DNA of 64,000 nt from Acidobacteriota bacterium (GTDB lineage Bacteria > Acidobacteriota > Blastocatellia > RBC074), in assembly GCA_016196035.1 (NCBI GenBank), contig JACPYM010000099.1, positions 869 to 64,868 on the forward strand, read 5' to 3'. Positions 37,786 to 46,976 of this stretch are shown in pieces (within the stretch, counting starts at the first letter, position 1; each line of letters opens with the position of its first letter). The position numbers were made by a program, and so were the translations under genes. The notes below the pieces were generated by a model. The model searched no databases, was not told where the DNA came from, and was given only the letters and a program-made list of their open reading frames with translations.

Positions 37786-40101
37786 TTAACGCTGTATTCG
37801 ATGGGTTGTTTTCACGCGTTTCGTGCCGCTCACATCATCGGCTTCAATCCTAGCATCGCGTAAATGGAGCGTCAATCGGGCGCCTTTTGTCGTCACTTCG
37901 CGCTCGCGGTCTTCCACTTGCGCCAGGTTGCCGGTCAGCACCGCCGCATCATCGGCTGCCGTATACACCAGCAAATCGCCCTGTCCGCGCCGCTGCGGTT
38001 GTGTCAACACGACCTCGCGGGTCGCCGTCATTTTGGATAATTTATTTTCCTGATCCATCAATGCATCTGCCACCGCCGCATCAATCTGGTCGCTGCCCTG
38101 CCGGATTTTCACTTTGCCTTCGTAATGCGCGGTGCGCGATTCATCGGCATAATCCAGCTTTTCGGCGCTGACAAAGACGGGGACGATTTCTTTCTTCCCC
38201 TTCTCAATTTCCCGTTCCATACCATAAAACGCCGATTGGACGTTCCCCCAAGCGTGCATGGCGCGTTCGCCCTTGTCCAACTCCATGTTGTCACCGCGCA
38301 CAAAATCGTCATCCTGCCAGGCGCGCGCATTGCCCAGATAGCGCGCCGCCCCCTCGCGATGCCGCACCACGGCGCGGTCGGCGGCAATCGTCACAGGTGC
38401 TTTGCTTTTCTTAAAAGGCGCCGCGCCGCCGGTCGTTTCGCGGCTGTAATAGGTCGTGCGCACATGCCCCCGCGCCTGGCTCTCGCCCGTGTCCAGGTTC
38501 GCGTCAATCTCATCCGCATTTGTGCGCGCAGTAGCATCCCACAACAAGGGCTTGCCACGCATGGCGACCGTTTGCGTCGCGGCTTCATAAACACCGCGCG
38601 CCGCCGTGGCATTGCGGTCGCCATCGGTATATTTGACCTCACCCTCGGCGGTGAGATCGGTGATTTCCTGCGTCTGCTGCTGCAGATTGGCGGTCAGCTT
38701 CTGGCCGTTCAAGGTGCGGTTGCCTTGCTTCACGGGATTGGCCTTATCTTTGCTTTTTGCTGCATCTTTGCTGACTTCTGGCGCAACTTGTAAGGGTTCG
38801 AATTCGGCTACGGCATTGCCGTCCGCGACAAAGGTCTTGATGGCGTTGCCGGTTTCGAAATAGTCCACGTTGAATTTGGCGGCGTGCAGCTTCTGCCGTT
38901 CGGATTTCGGCGTCACCAGCAACGGCGTAATCGTCAACCAGGCATTCCCATTGGCTTCGGCGCGTTGCAAAAATCTGCCGTCCGCCGAAAAGGTGGTCTG
39001 CACGGCATCGGCTTCCAAGACCCGCTCGGCGCTTTTGGCGGGTTGCTTGGCGTTCATTTCGACCATCTTCAACACGGTGCGGCCTTGGGTCGAAGTGGAT
39101 TGCAAATTGCTGCCTTGGGGTGAAGGCGCATAAAGCGCTTCGACGCGCTCGGCGCTCAATTCGCGCGGCGCGTCCGGTTCCAGCGAGCGCGCTGTGGCTG
39201 CACCCACAGCCACGGCCTTCGTCAACTGTTGCTCGCCGTCAAAAAAGAAATCCATATCACGGGCTTGGGCCTCGGCCTGGTTGCCCTTCCGCCCATCTTT
39301 CAAAAAGGAATTCCCGCGCAATTCGATGCGCTCCAGTTTTTTCTTGGTCGCCGCATCCAGAAAGCCATTCATCGCGTCGGCGCGCCCTTCCTGCGTGCCC
39401 TGCGACACGACGACCGCGCCTTCAAACCGGATCAAGCCTTTGACACCATCGTAACCGCCCCAGCCGCCGCGCACTTCAACCGGCGGCCCGCCCTTCCCTT
39501 TTTCGACATGCTCTTTGACCAAATGCGCATCCTTGCTCAGATCAATCACCTTCGTCTGCGCATAAAAGACTGCGCCGATGGATGAGCCGCTCATCTCGCC
39601 ACGTTTGAATTGCACCGCCACATCGGTGGCCGCGACTTGTTTGATCTGGTTGTAATTGAGTTTCTCGCTGGTGACTTCCAATCCTTCGGCATCGGTCATT
39701 TTGACGTGCCCGGTGAATTGCGCCTCACCTTCCTGCTGGCGATAGACGCCATGATCGGCCACGATCTGAGCTTTCTCTTTGCCATCGGTCGCATAGGCAA
39801 TCAAGGTCAACTGCTCCAATTCGTGCCGCCCATCGGAATACGCCGTGTCACGCGCCGCTTTCACGCGGTAACTGGGCTTGCCCTCGGCTGTCACTACGTA
39901 ATCGTAGCCTTCCGTTACCGAAATCACTTGCGCGCCCAGGCTCGGCGCAGGGGGTGGGGGTAATTTCGGGGCGGGTTTGCGCACGCCCCGCACAAAAGCC
40001 GTGACTATCACCCCGATAATTACCAGCAGCACCGTCATGGACAGCGTTTGCAAAATCCGCTTACGGTACAACGTCAACCAGTTGCTCATCGAATTTGCCA
40101 T
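37786..40101 (-). CDS. lptC: LptC/LptA(OstA)-like multi-domain LPS transport protein
   Basis: N-terminal TM anchor, long beta-jellyroll-like repeats (GEVKYTDG, GNARAWQ, GKVKIRQG), immediately upstream of lptB. Confidence 0.75.
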   Translation of the reverse strand: MANSMSNWLTLYRKRILQTLSMTVLLVIIGVIVTAFVRGVRKPAPKLPPPPAPSLGAQVISVTEGYDYVVTAEGKPSYRVKAARDTAYSDGRHELEQLTLIAYATDGKEKAQIVADHGVYRQQEGEAQFTGHVKMTDAEGLEVTSEKLNYNQIKQVAATDVAVQFKRGEMSGSSIGAVFYAQTKVIDLSKDAHLVKEHVEKGKGGPPVEVRGGWGGYDGVKGLIRFEGAVVVSQGTQEGRADAMNGFLDAATKKKLERIELRGNSFLKDGRKGNQAEAQARDMDFFFDGEQQLTKAVAVGAATARSLEPDAPRELSAERVEALYAPSPQGSNLQSTSTQGRTVLKMVEMNAKQPAKSAERVLEADAVQTTFSADGRFLQRAEANGNAWLTITPLLVTPKSERQKLHAAKFNVDYFETGNAIKTFVADGNAVAEFEPLQVAPEVSKDAAKSKDKANPVKQGNRTLNGQKLTANLQQQTQEITDLTAEGEVKYTDGDRNATAARGVYEAATQTVAMRGKPLLWDATARTNADEIDANLDTGESQARGHVRTTYYSRETTGGAAPFKKSKAPVTIAADRAVVRHREGAARYLGNARAWQDDDFVRGDNMELDKGERAMHAWGNVQSAFYGMEREIEKGKKEIVPVFVSAEKLDYADESRTAHYEGKVKIRQGSDQIDAAVADALMDQENKLSKMTATREVVLTQPQRRGQGDLLVYTAADDAAVLTGNLAQVEDREREVTTKGARLTLHLRDARIEADDVSGTKRVKTTHRIQR

Positions 40102-40139
40102 CGTACTGAAGATTATACCCCATCAGGGGACAGTTACCG

Positions 40140-40258
40140 TTGGCAGTTGGCAGTTGGCAGTTGGCGATTGGCGATTTGTCGAGTTTTAACCCCAGGCAAT
40201 TTGCCGTAAAGAAAAAAGCGGCGTTTAAGCAGCACCTGCCAACTGCCAACTAACTACC
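40140..40258. repeat. Heptamer arrays (TTGGCAG/TTGGCGA)n and complementary (CTGCCAA)n between divergent promoters
   Basis: ttggcag x3 plus ttggcga x2 from 40140; ctgccaa x2 near 40236-40249. Confidence 0.75.
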
Positions 40259-40293
40259 GGCCATTGCATTTCAATGCTACAGTGCCGCCCGCT

Positions 40294-41304
40294 ATGAAAC
40301 CTCGCGTCTTCGTCACTCGTCGCCTTCCTGAACCAGCGCTCATGCGCTTGAGCCAAGCCTGTGAGTATCGCATCGGTACAGAACACGGCGTCTTGGACCG
40401 CGCAGCCCTGCTGGCCGGCGTCCGCGATGCCGAAGGGTTGATCTGCCTACTCACCGACACGATTGATCGCGCGGTGATCGAGGCGGGCCGCCAGTTACGC
40501 ATCATCGCCAATGTCGCGGTCGGCTACAACAACATTGATGTCGCCTATGCCAAACAGCGCGGCCTGATCGTCACCAACACACCGGATGTGCTGACCGATG
40601 CCACAGCGGATTTGACCTGGGCGCTCATCCTGGCCGTCACGCGCCGCCTTGTCGAAGCCGACCAATTCACGCGCGCGGGCAGATTTGACGGCTGGGATTT
40701 CGACATGCTGCTGGGCGCGGGCTTGACCGGCAAAACGCTGGGCGTTATCGGCTTTGGGCGTATCGGCAAGGCCGTCGGACGCCGCGCCGTAGGCTTTGGC
40801 ATGCAGATCATCTATTGCGGCAGTGACGAAATCGCCTATCGCGACGACCCCTCGCACGCCCGGCTTTCGACACCACCCCACAGCACGCCCAAGTGGCGTT
40901 CAGACAGTTTCGCCCCGCGCCGCGTCAGCTTCGACCAACTGCTGCAACAATCCGACGTCATCAGCTTGCACGTGCCCCTGGCCGCCACCACCAAACACCT
41001 GCTCGACGCCGCCGCCTTCGCCCAGATGAAACCCGGCGCCTATCTCATTAACACCGCGCGCGGCCCCATCGTAGACGAAGCCGCTCTCGTAGCCGCCTTG
41101 CAAGGCGGGCACCTGGCAGGCACGGGGCTGGATGTTTATGAGCGCGAACCGGAAATTCACCCGGCTTTATTCTCCCTGCCCAACGTCGTCTTGCTGCCGC
41201 ACATCGGCAGCGCCACATGCGAAACGCGCACCGCGATGGCTATGCTGGCAGTCGAAAACACGATTGACGTGCTGACTGGCAAAGCGCCCCGCACACCGGT
41301 TTGA
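40294..41304 (+). CDS. D-2-hydroxyacid dehydrogenase (glyoxylate reductase/D-glycerate dehydrogenase-like)
   Basis: AVGYNNID, NTPDVLT, GFGRIG, INTARG, GLDVYEREP, PHIGSA. Confidence 0.92.
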   Translation: MKPRVFVTRRLPEPALMRLSQACEYRIGTEHGVLDRAALLAGVRDAEGLICLLTDTIDRAVIEAGRQLRIIANVAVGYNNIDVAYAKQRGLIVTNTPDVLTDATADLTWALILAVTRRLVEADQFTRAGRFDGWDFDMLLGAGLTGKTLGVIGFGRIGKAVGRRAVGFGMQIIYCGSDEIAYRDDPSHARLSTPPHSTPKWRSDSFAPRRVSFDQLLQQSDVISLHVPLAATTKHLLDAAAFAQMKPGAYLINTARGPIVDEAALVAALQGGHLAGTGLDVYEREPEIHPALFSLPNVVLLPHIGSATCETRTAMAMLAVENTIDVLTGKAPRTPV

Positions 41305-41492
41305 ATGCGAAGTGCGGAATCTCCAATTTCAAATCTCAAATTCGAGCGTTTACGCCAGCCCAATCCATTCCAGACTCCGCATTCCGTATTCGTGTCAGCC
41401 AAACCTGTCGCCTGTCGGCCAAACACGCCGCTGACATTTGCATCCCGCCAACTGCAACCGCAAGAATGCTGGACTTAGAATTCGCTGTAAGC

Positions 41493-41508
41493 TGGCACTT
41501 CAATTGCA
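41493..41508 (+). promoter_or_regulatory. Putative sigma-54 (-24/-12) promoter
   Basis: TGGCAC-TTCAA-TTGCA, exact GG-N10-GC spacing, 47 nt before the DAGK-family start. Confidence 0.7.
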
Positions 41509-41555
41509 CTGCTGCGGACACCCCCTGGAATTGGTTGACCCGTAAGTTTGCAGAG

Positions 41556-42479
41556 ATGATGAAACAGATTGAACGCATTACCCTGATTTACAACCCGACG
41601 GCGGGCGCGCTGCGCCGTAATCCGACGATCATCAATCGCCTGGTGGCGGCGCTTGAAGCGCGGCATCTGGCGGTTACCTTATCGCCCACCAAACGCGCCT
41701 ATCACGCGACCGAACTTGCCCGTGAAGCCGTCCGCGCCCAGGCCGATTGCGTCTTGGTCTGCGGCGGCGACGGCACCATCAACGAAGCGGTGCAAGCCCT
41801 GGTCGGCACTGACACAGCCCTCGCTATCTGGCCCGGCGGCACGGCCAATGTGTTGGCCAAAGAGTTGCGCCTGCCCAACGACCCCGACGCCACGGCGGCG
41901 CTGATCACGCAGCAACACGTGCGCGCCATCAGCGTCGGCAAAGCAGTCAAACCCGCAGGCGATCAAACCCCGGATTGGGAACGTTATTTCCTGGTGATGG
42001 CTGGTATAGGGCTGGACGCGACGATTGTGCAGAACGTGGATTTGAAATTGAAAAAACGGCTGGGCACCGGCGCTTACCTGGCCGCCGGGCTGGGCTTTCT
42101 GGCGCGGCTGCCGCTGACGCCGTTCTCGATCACCTTTAACGGTCAACGGCACGCGAGCACTTTCGCCGTCATCTCGAACGCGGCGAATTACGCATCTATG
42201 TTTTCGCTGACACCGGATGCGCGCCTGACCGATGACCGTTTTAAGGTCTGCCTGTTCAATTCGCAAAGCCGCCTGGCCTATCTGGGTTACGCGCTCTTGA
42301 GCACGGCGGGCCGTCACATTCACACGAGCGGCGTCACGTATGAAGCGGCGCAATACATCAGCGCCAATTCCAACAACGCCGCCCTGGTGCAATTGGATGG
42401 CGAAGTTGCCGGGCACTTGCCGATGCGTTTTGAAAATCTGCCGCAGGCGTTGCGCGTGGTCGCGCCGCCACAGCAGTGA
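41556..42479 (+). CDS. Diacylglycerol kinase family lipid kinase (YegS/DgkB-like)
   Basis: IYNPTAG, GGDGTINE, PGGTANVLA, GIGLDA, QLDGE. Confidence 0.9.
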   Translation: MMKQIERITLIYNPTAGALRRNPTIINRLVAALEARHLAVTLSPTKRAYHATELAREAVRAQADCVLVCGGDGTINEAVQALVGTDTALAIWPGGTANVLAKELRLPNDPDATAALITQQHVRAISVGKAVKPAGDQTPDWERYFLVMAGIGLDATIVQNVDLKLKKRLGTGAYLAAGLGFLARLPLTPFSITFNGQRHASTFAVISNAANYASMFSLTPDARLTDDRFKVCLFNSQSRLAYLGYALLSTAGRHIHTSGVTYEAAQYISANSNNAALVQLDGEVAGHLPMRFENLPQALRVVAPPQQ

Positions 42480-42505
42480 CGCGCAACTGTTCAACTGAGG
42501 AAACT

Positions 42506-43951
42506 ATGCTTTATCGAATACTCTCTTCCTTGGAAAGCTCCTTCATCGCGGTCTATTACGCCGCGCAATACCTGACCCCCGCGAATGTGCGGGGCGCGGT
42601 GCAGACGGCCCTGCACTTCAAATCTCAAATCTCAAATCTCAAATCCGCCAATCAAGCAACGCGCAAAGCCAAGCTCGAACGGCTCGCATTATTCTTGTGC
42701 GCGCTGTTACTCTGCACCGGCTCCGCTTTCGGTCAAGCGCCCAATCAAACGGCCACCGCCTCCACAGGCGCAGCGCCCGTGACGACCACGCTTACGCCCG
42801 CCGCCTTATCCGTTGAACTCAAAACCTTGCGCGATGAAGGCAATGCGGCGCTCTTCAACATTGATTACGCCACCGCGCGCACCAAATTTGAAGAGATTCG
42901 CAAGCTGGCTCCGCAACACCCGGCCGGCGATCTGTATCTTTCAATTGCGACCTGGCTCGAATACCTCTACCGCAACCGCCGCCTGCAAACCAGCCTCTAC
43001 AATTCCGACTCCAGCTTTTACGCCGGGGCCGAAAACGCCAAAGAGGAAACCGAAGGCGATGCCGTTGATCCGGCCGTAGACAAAGCCTTCCGCGACCGCA
43101 TTCAGCAGGCCAAGCTCAAAGCCCTGACGCTGTTCAACCGCGACAAAAAAGACCCTGATGCGCTTTATTTCCTCGGTGCCGTACACGGCGTGCTGGCCGG
43201 GTATGAAGCCTCGACCGCGCGCAAGTTTTTCGCCGCCATGCGCAACGGTTCACGCAACGTAGACCTGCACCAAAAGGTCATCGAATTGAAGCCCGATTAT
43301 TACGACGCCTATCTCGCCGTCGGCACCTATCACTACATCCTGGGCACGCTGCCGTTTTATATGAAAGCTCTCGCAGCCATCGGTGGCATGCGCGGCAACA
43401 AACAAAAAGGCATCGCCGAGATGCAAACCGTCGTCGAGAAAGGCAACAACTCCGATGACGCCAGCGTGTTGTTGCTGGCCGTTTTCCAAAACGAAAAACG
43501 CCCGCAAGACGCGCTCGCCATTCTGCAACGCCTGAGCGCCAAGTATCCGCGCAACTATCTCTTCCGGCTCGAAACCGCCGCCACGCTGGTTGAGTTGAAG
43601 CGCCACGATGACGCTTATGCGCAGTTTGAAAGCCTGCTCAAAGATGAATCCGCCGCCGCTGTGGCCGACCTCGTCCATTTCAAATACGGCGAAGCCCTCG
43701 CCGCTAATCAGCAACACCCACGCGCCGCCGCGCAATTCCTGGCCGTGCCAACCATCAAGACCGCCCAAGCCGACCTCGCCACGATTGCCCTGTTGCGCGC
43801 CGGGCAGGTTTACGATCTGGCTGGGAAACGCGACGAGGCGCTTACGCAATACAAGGCCGTGCTGGCGCGGCCTAACGTTTATGACTCGCGGGCACAGGCG
43901 GAACGCGGGTTGAAGCAGGCGTATGTGGTGAAGGAGAAGAAGGGCGAGTAA
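42506..43951 (+). CDS. Tetratricopeptide repeat protein, probably exported; start uncertain
   Basis: GAGG SD before MLYRI; hydrophobic signal-like segment; TPR-like helices (ELKPDYYDAY, AGQVYDLAGKRDEA). Confidence 0.75.
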   Translation: MLYRILSSLESSFIAVYYAAQYLTPANVRGAVQTALHFKSQISNLKSANQATRKAKLERLALFLCALLLCTGSAFGQAPNQTATASTGAAPVTTTLTPAALSVELKTLRDEGNAALFNIDYATARTKFEEIRKLAPQHPAGDLYLSIATWLEYLYRNRRLQTSLYNSDSSFYAGAENAKEETEGDAVDPAVDKAFRDRIQQAKLKALTLFNRDKKDPDALYFLGAVHGVLAGYEASTARKFFAAMRNGSRNVDLHQKVIELKPDYYDAYLAVGTYHYILGTLPFYMKALAAIGGMRGNKQKGIAEMQTVVEKGNNSDDASVLLLAVFQNEKRPQDALAILQRLSAKYPRNYLFRLETAATLVELKRHDDAYAQFESLLKDESAAAVADLVHFKYGEALAANQQHPRAAAQFLAVPTIKTAQADLATIALLRAGQVYDLAGKRDEALTQYKAVLARPNVYDSRAQAERGLKQAYVVKEKKGE

Positions 43952-44105
43952 TTATCTAGCGCAGTCCCGCCTATGAACGTAAGTGGGACTGCATTCACAT
44001 ATTGATCATCTTCGATTGCTCCCGTCACTAACTCAGCCCTATACTCCTCGCCGTTCCCGACCGTTCTCCACAAACACAAGGCAAAAGCTGAAAGGAAAAC
44101 ATTCG

Positions 44106-44546
44106 ATGGCAAAACGCATCTGCTTGGTTCTAACTTGTCTCGCATTCGTCCTGCTCACCGGCTTCGCCCAAACCCAAAACCCGCCCGCGCAAGAACCAGC
44201 CCCAGACGTAGCGGGCGCTTGGACGGGCGTCTGGTCTTCTTACAACCCAGCGCAAGGCGGCAGCACGCCCAAGGATTTGTGCAAGAACCTGTCGGCCAAG
44301 ATCGAGCAAAAAGACGGCGTCTGGCTGGCCGTGTTTGAAGGCGATTGCGGGCGGCCCTATAAATACTCGATCAAAATGGAAGGCCGCCAGATCGGCAAGG
44401 TCGTGCTCTTCACGGGCACCACCGATCTCGGCAAGCAGGATGGCGGCGTTTACGATTGGATTGGCCGCGCGAATGAGAAAGAGTTCGTCGGCTTCTTTAC
44501 CAGCGCGTTTTACACCGGCACGTTTAATCTGAGCCGGGCCAAATGA
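44106..44546 (+). CDS. Hypothetical secreted beta-rich protein
   Basis: AAAGGA SD, signal peptide MAKRICLVL...AQ, DVAGAWTGVW, GTFNLSR; coding-like codon use. Confidence 0.75.
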   Translation: MAKRICLVLTCLAFVLLTGFAQTQNPPAQEPAPDVAGAWTGVWSSYNPAQGGSTPKDLCKNLSAKIEQKDGVWLAVFEGDCGRPYKYSIKMEGRQIGKVVLFTGTTDLGKQDGGVYDWIGRANEKEFVGFFTSAFYTGTFNLSRAK

Positions 44547-44554
44547 ATAACGTG

Positions 44555-44623
44555 GCAGTAACCCGCGCGTGAGCAAGGGCTGCTTTTAGTCACTACAGCC
44601 CTTGCTCACGCGCGGACTACTGC
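44555..44623. repeat. REP-like inverted pair related to family C
   Basis: GCAGTAACCCGCGCGTGAGCAAGGGCTG ... CAGCCCTTGCTCACGCGCGGACTACTGC. Confidence 0.85.
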
Positions 44624-44678
44624 ACGATTCAACGCTGCCTTTGCCTCGCCCTGCCTTTTCGCTATGATGGCCGCCGTT

Positions 44679-46232
44679 ATGGCAAATGTAATTTTGAAAA
44701 AGAGACCTGTCGCACTCATCATCCTGGATGGCTTCGGCTACTCGCCCAAAACCGAAGGCAACGCCATCGCGCTGGCAAACACGCCACACCTGGATCAATA
44801 CCTGGCAAAATACCAACACACGTTAATCGAAGGCTCCGGCGAGCGCGTCGGCCTGCCCTGCGGCCAGTTCGGCAATTCCGAAGTCGGCCACATGAACATG
44901 GGCGCGGGCCGCGTCGTTCAGATGGACATCACCCGCATTGACGAAGCGATCAACCAAGGCACGTTCTTTGAAAACCCGACGCTCTGCGCGGCGGTGGATG
45001 CTGGCAAGGCTTCGGCACTGCATTTGTTCGGGCTGGTATCGGATGGCGGCGTGCATTCGATAGACAAGCACGTTTTCGCCTTGTTGCAACTGGCAGCCCA
45101 GCGCGGCGTCGAGAACGTCTTCGTCCACGGCTTTACCGATGGCCGCGACACAGCGCCTAATTCGGGCAAACGCTATGTCGGCGAATTGCTGGCCAAGATG
45201 CGCGAGATTGGCGTAGGCCGCGTCGCCAGCATCTGCGGCCGCTATTACGCGATGGATCGCGACAACCGCTGGGAACGGGTGCAACGCGCTTACAACATGC
45301 TGACCAAAGGCGAAGGCCAGCGCGCCACCGATCCGTTGGAGGCGATTCAGGAATCTTATGACAATGGCGTAACCGACGAATTTATCGAACCGACCGTCAT
45401 CACAAACGCGGACGGCACGCCTGTCGCGACAGTCAAAGCCGGTGATTCGGTGATCTTCTTTAACTTTCGTGCCGACCGTGCGCGGCAATTGACGCGGGCC
45501 TTCACGGGGTTGAACTTCGATGGCTTTGAGCGCGAACTCATTCCCAATTTGCATTACGCCACGTTCACGCAATACGACCGCTCGTTCAACACGCCGATTG
45601 TCTTTCCGCCCATCTCGCTGCAACACATTTTGGCGGATGTCTTCGCTAAACTTGCTGTCACGAACATGCGCATTGCCGAGACTGAGAAGTACGCGCACGT
45701 CACCTACTTTTTCAACGGCGGCATCGAATCGCCCTTCCCCTTTGAAAGCCGCGTGCTGGTGCCTTCGCCGAAGGTGGCGACCTACGATCTGCAACCGGAA
45801 ATGAGCGCGGCCAAGGTGGCCGACCAGATTTGCCGGGCGCTGGATGCGAATGAAACCGATGCTTACGTCATCAACTTCGCCAACGCCGATATGGTCGGGC
45901 ACACCGGCAACCTAAAAGCCGCCATCGAAGCCGTCGAAGTGTTGGACAATTGCCTGGGCGATGTCGTCGGCGCCATCGAACAACACGGCGGCGCGGCCCT
46001 CATCACCGCCGACCACGGCAATTGCGAACAGATGATTGACCCCGAAACCGGGGGCCCGCACACCGCGCACACCAACAATCCGGTGCCGTTCATCGTGTGC
46101 GACAAAACCTTCAAAGGCGCATTGCGCGATGGGGGTGCGTTGGAAGATGTCGCGCCGACGCTGTTGGAATTGTTGGGCTTGGAACAACCGGCGGAGATGA
46201 CGGGCAAGAGTTTGCTGGTGCACAAGAGCTGA
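44679..46232 (+). CDS. gpmI: 2,3-bisphosphoglycerate-independent phosphoglycerate mutase
   Basis: [59 protein letters not shown]. Confidence 0.97.
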   Translation: MANVILKKRPVALIILDGFGYSPKTEGNAIALANTPHLDQYLAKYQHTLIEGSGERVGLPCGQFGNSEVGHMNMGAGRVVQMDITRIDEAINQGTFFENPTLCAAVDAGKASALHLFGLVSDGGVHSIDKHVFALLQLAAQRGVENVFVHGFTDGRDTAPNSGKRYVGELLAKMREIGVGRVASICGRYYAMDRDNRWERVQRAYNMLTKGEGQRATDPLEAIQESYDNGVTDEFIEPTVITNADGTPVATVKAGDSVIFFNFRADRARQLTRAFTGLNFDGFERELIPNLHYATFTQYDRSFNTPIVFPPISLQHILADVFAKLAVTNMRIAETEKYAHVTYFFNGGIESPFPFESRVLVPSPKVATYDLQPEMSAAKVADQICRALDANETDAYVINFANADMVGHTGNLKAAIEAVEVLDNCLGDVVGAIEQHGGAALITADHGNCEQMIDPETGGPHTAHTNNPVPFIVCDKTFKGALRDGGALEDVAPTLLELLGLEQPAEMTGKSLLVHKS

Positions 46233-46252
46233 TTGCGTAAGGAGGTAAAGCG

Positions 46253-46510
46253 ATGAGCACGGCGGAAAAAGAGCTTTTGAAAAGTGACATTGAACGGCAA
46301 CGCGAAGCCTTGTGGCGCAGGCTTACCATCCCGCCACCGGAAGAGGTTTACTTGCATCCGCCCGAAGGCAACCCTGAAAGGGCGCTCGCGTTGTTGGAGC
46401 AATGGTGCACAGAAGACGATGCTGATGAACCGCAAGCGGAAACGTGGGAATACCTCAAACGCGTGTTGGATGAAGACCGGCTCTCGCCTGACAGAAAGTT
46501 GTTTCCATGA
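46253..46510 (+). CDS. Small acidic protein, probable antitoxin of the downstream PIN toxin
   Basis: AAGGAGG SD; 85 aa; ATGA overlap with the PIN gene. Confidence 0.7.
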   Translation: MSTAEKELLKSDIERQREALWRRLTIPPPEEVYLHPPEGNPERALALLEQWCTEDDADEPQAETWEYLKRVLDEDRLSPDRKLFP

Positions 46511-46959
46511 GTTATTACCTCCTGCTTGATGCCGGTCCGCTTGGACTGGTAACGAACCCGAAAGCCATTGGTGAGCCTTTTCGCGCCGCACAATGGCTTT
46601 ACACGCAGCAACAGCAGGCCCGCAAAATTCTGCTCCCGGAGATTACCGATTACGAAGTGCGGCGGGAATTAGTGCGCGCGGGCAAGTCACGCGGCATCGC
46701 CAGACTCAACCAATTCAAAATTGATCTCGGTTACTTACCCCTAACCACCACGGCGATGTTGCTGGCGGCTGATCTCTGGGCGGAATCACGCCGCCAGGGT
46801 CGCCCTAACGCCCCCGATCAGGCGCTCGACGCCGATGTCATCCTCGCCGCGCAAGCTCTGCTGATTCAAAATGCCGGTCACCAGGTCACGGTCGCCACCA
46901 CCAACGTCAAACACCTCGAACTTTTCGTTGACGCTCGCCTTTGGAGCGACATCGCCTGA
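46507..46959 (+). CDS. PIN domain (VapC-like) ribonuclease toxin
   Basis: LLLDAGPLG, PEITDYEVRREL, AADLWA, DADVILAAQA, ATTNVKHL. Confidence 0.85.
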   Translation: MSYYLLLDAGPLGLVTNPKAIGEPFRAAQWLYTQQQQARKILLPEITDYEVRRELVRAGKSRGIARLNQFKIDLGYLPLTTTAMLLAADLWAESRRQGRPNAPDQALDADVILAAQALLIQNAGHQVTVATTNVKHLELFVDARLWSDIA

Positions 46960-46976
46960 CGCAGTACACCGCGCGC

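Noticed and set aside
41301..41555. Extended N-termini given by the ORF track (DAGK here; also the M16, Reeler copy 2, GntR, SPFH, TlpA and permease genes)
   Set aside because: Extensions cross repeats or promoters; downstream ATGs fit SDs, signal peptides or domain starts better
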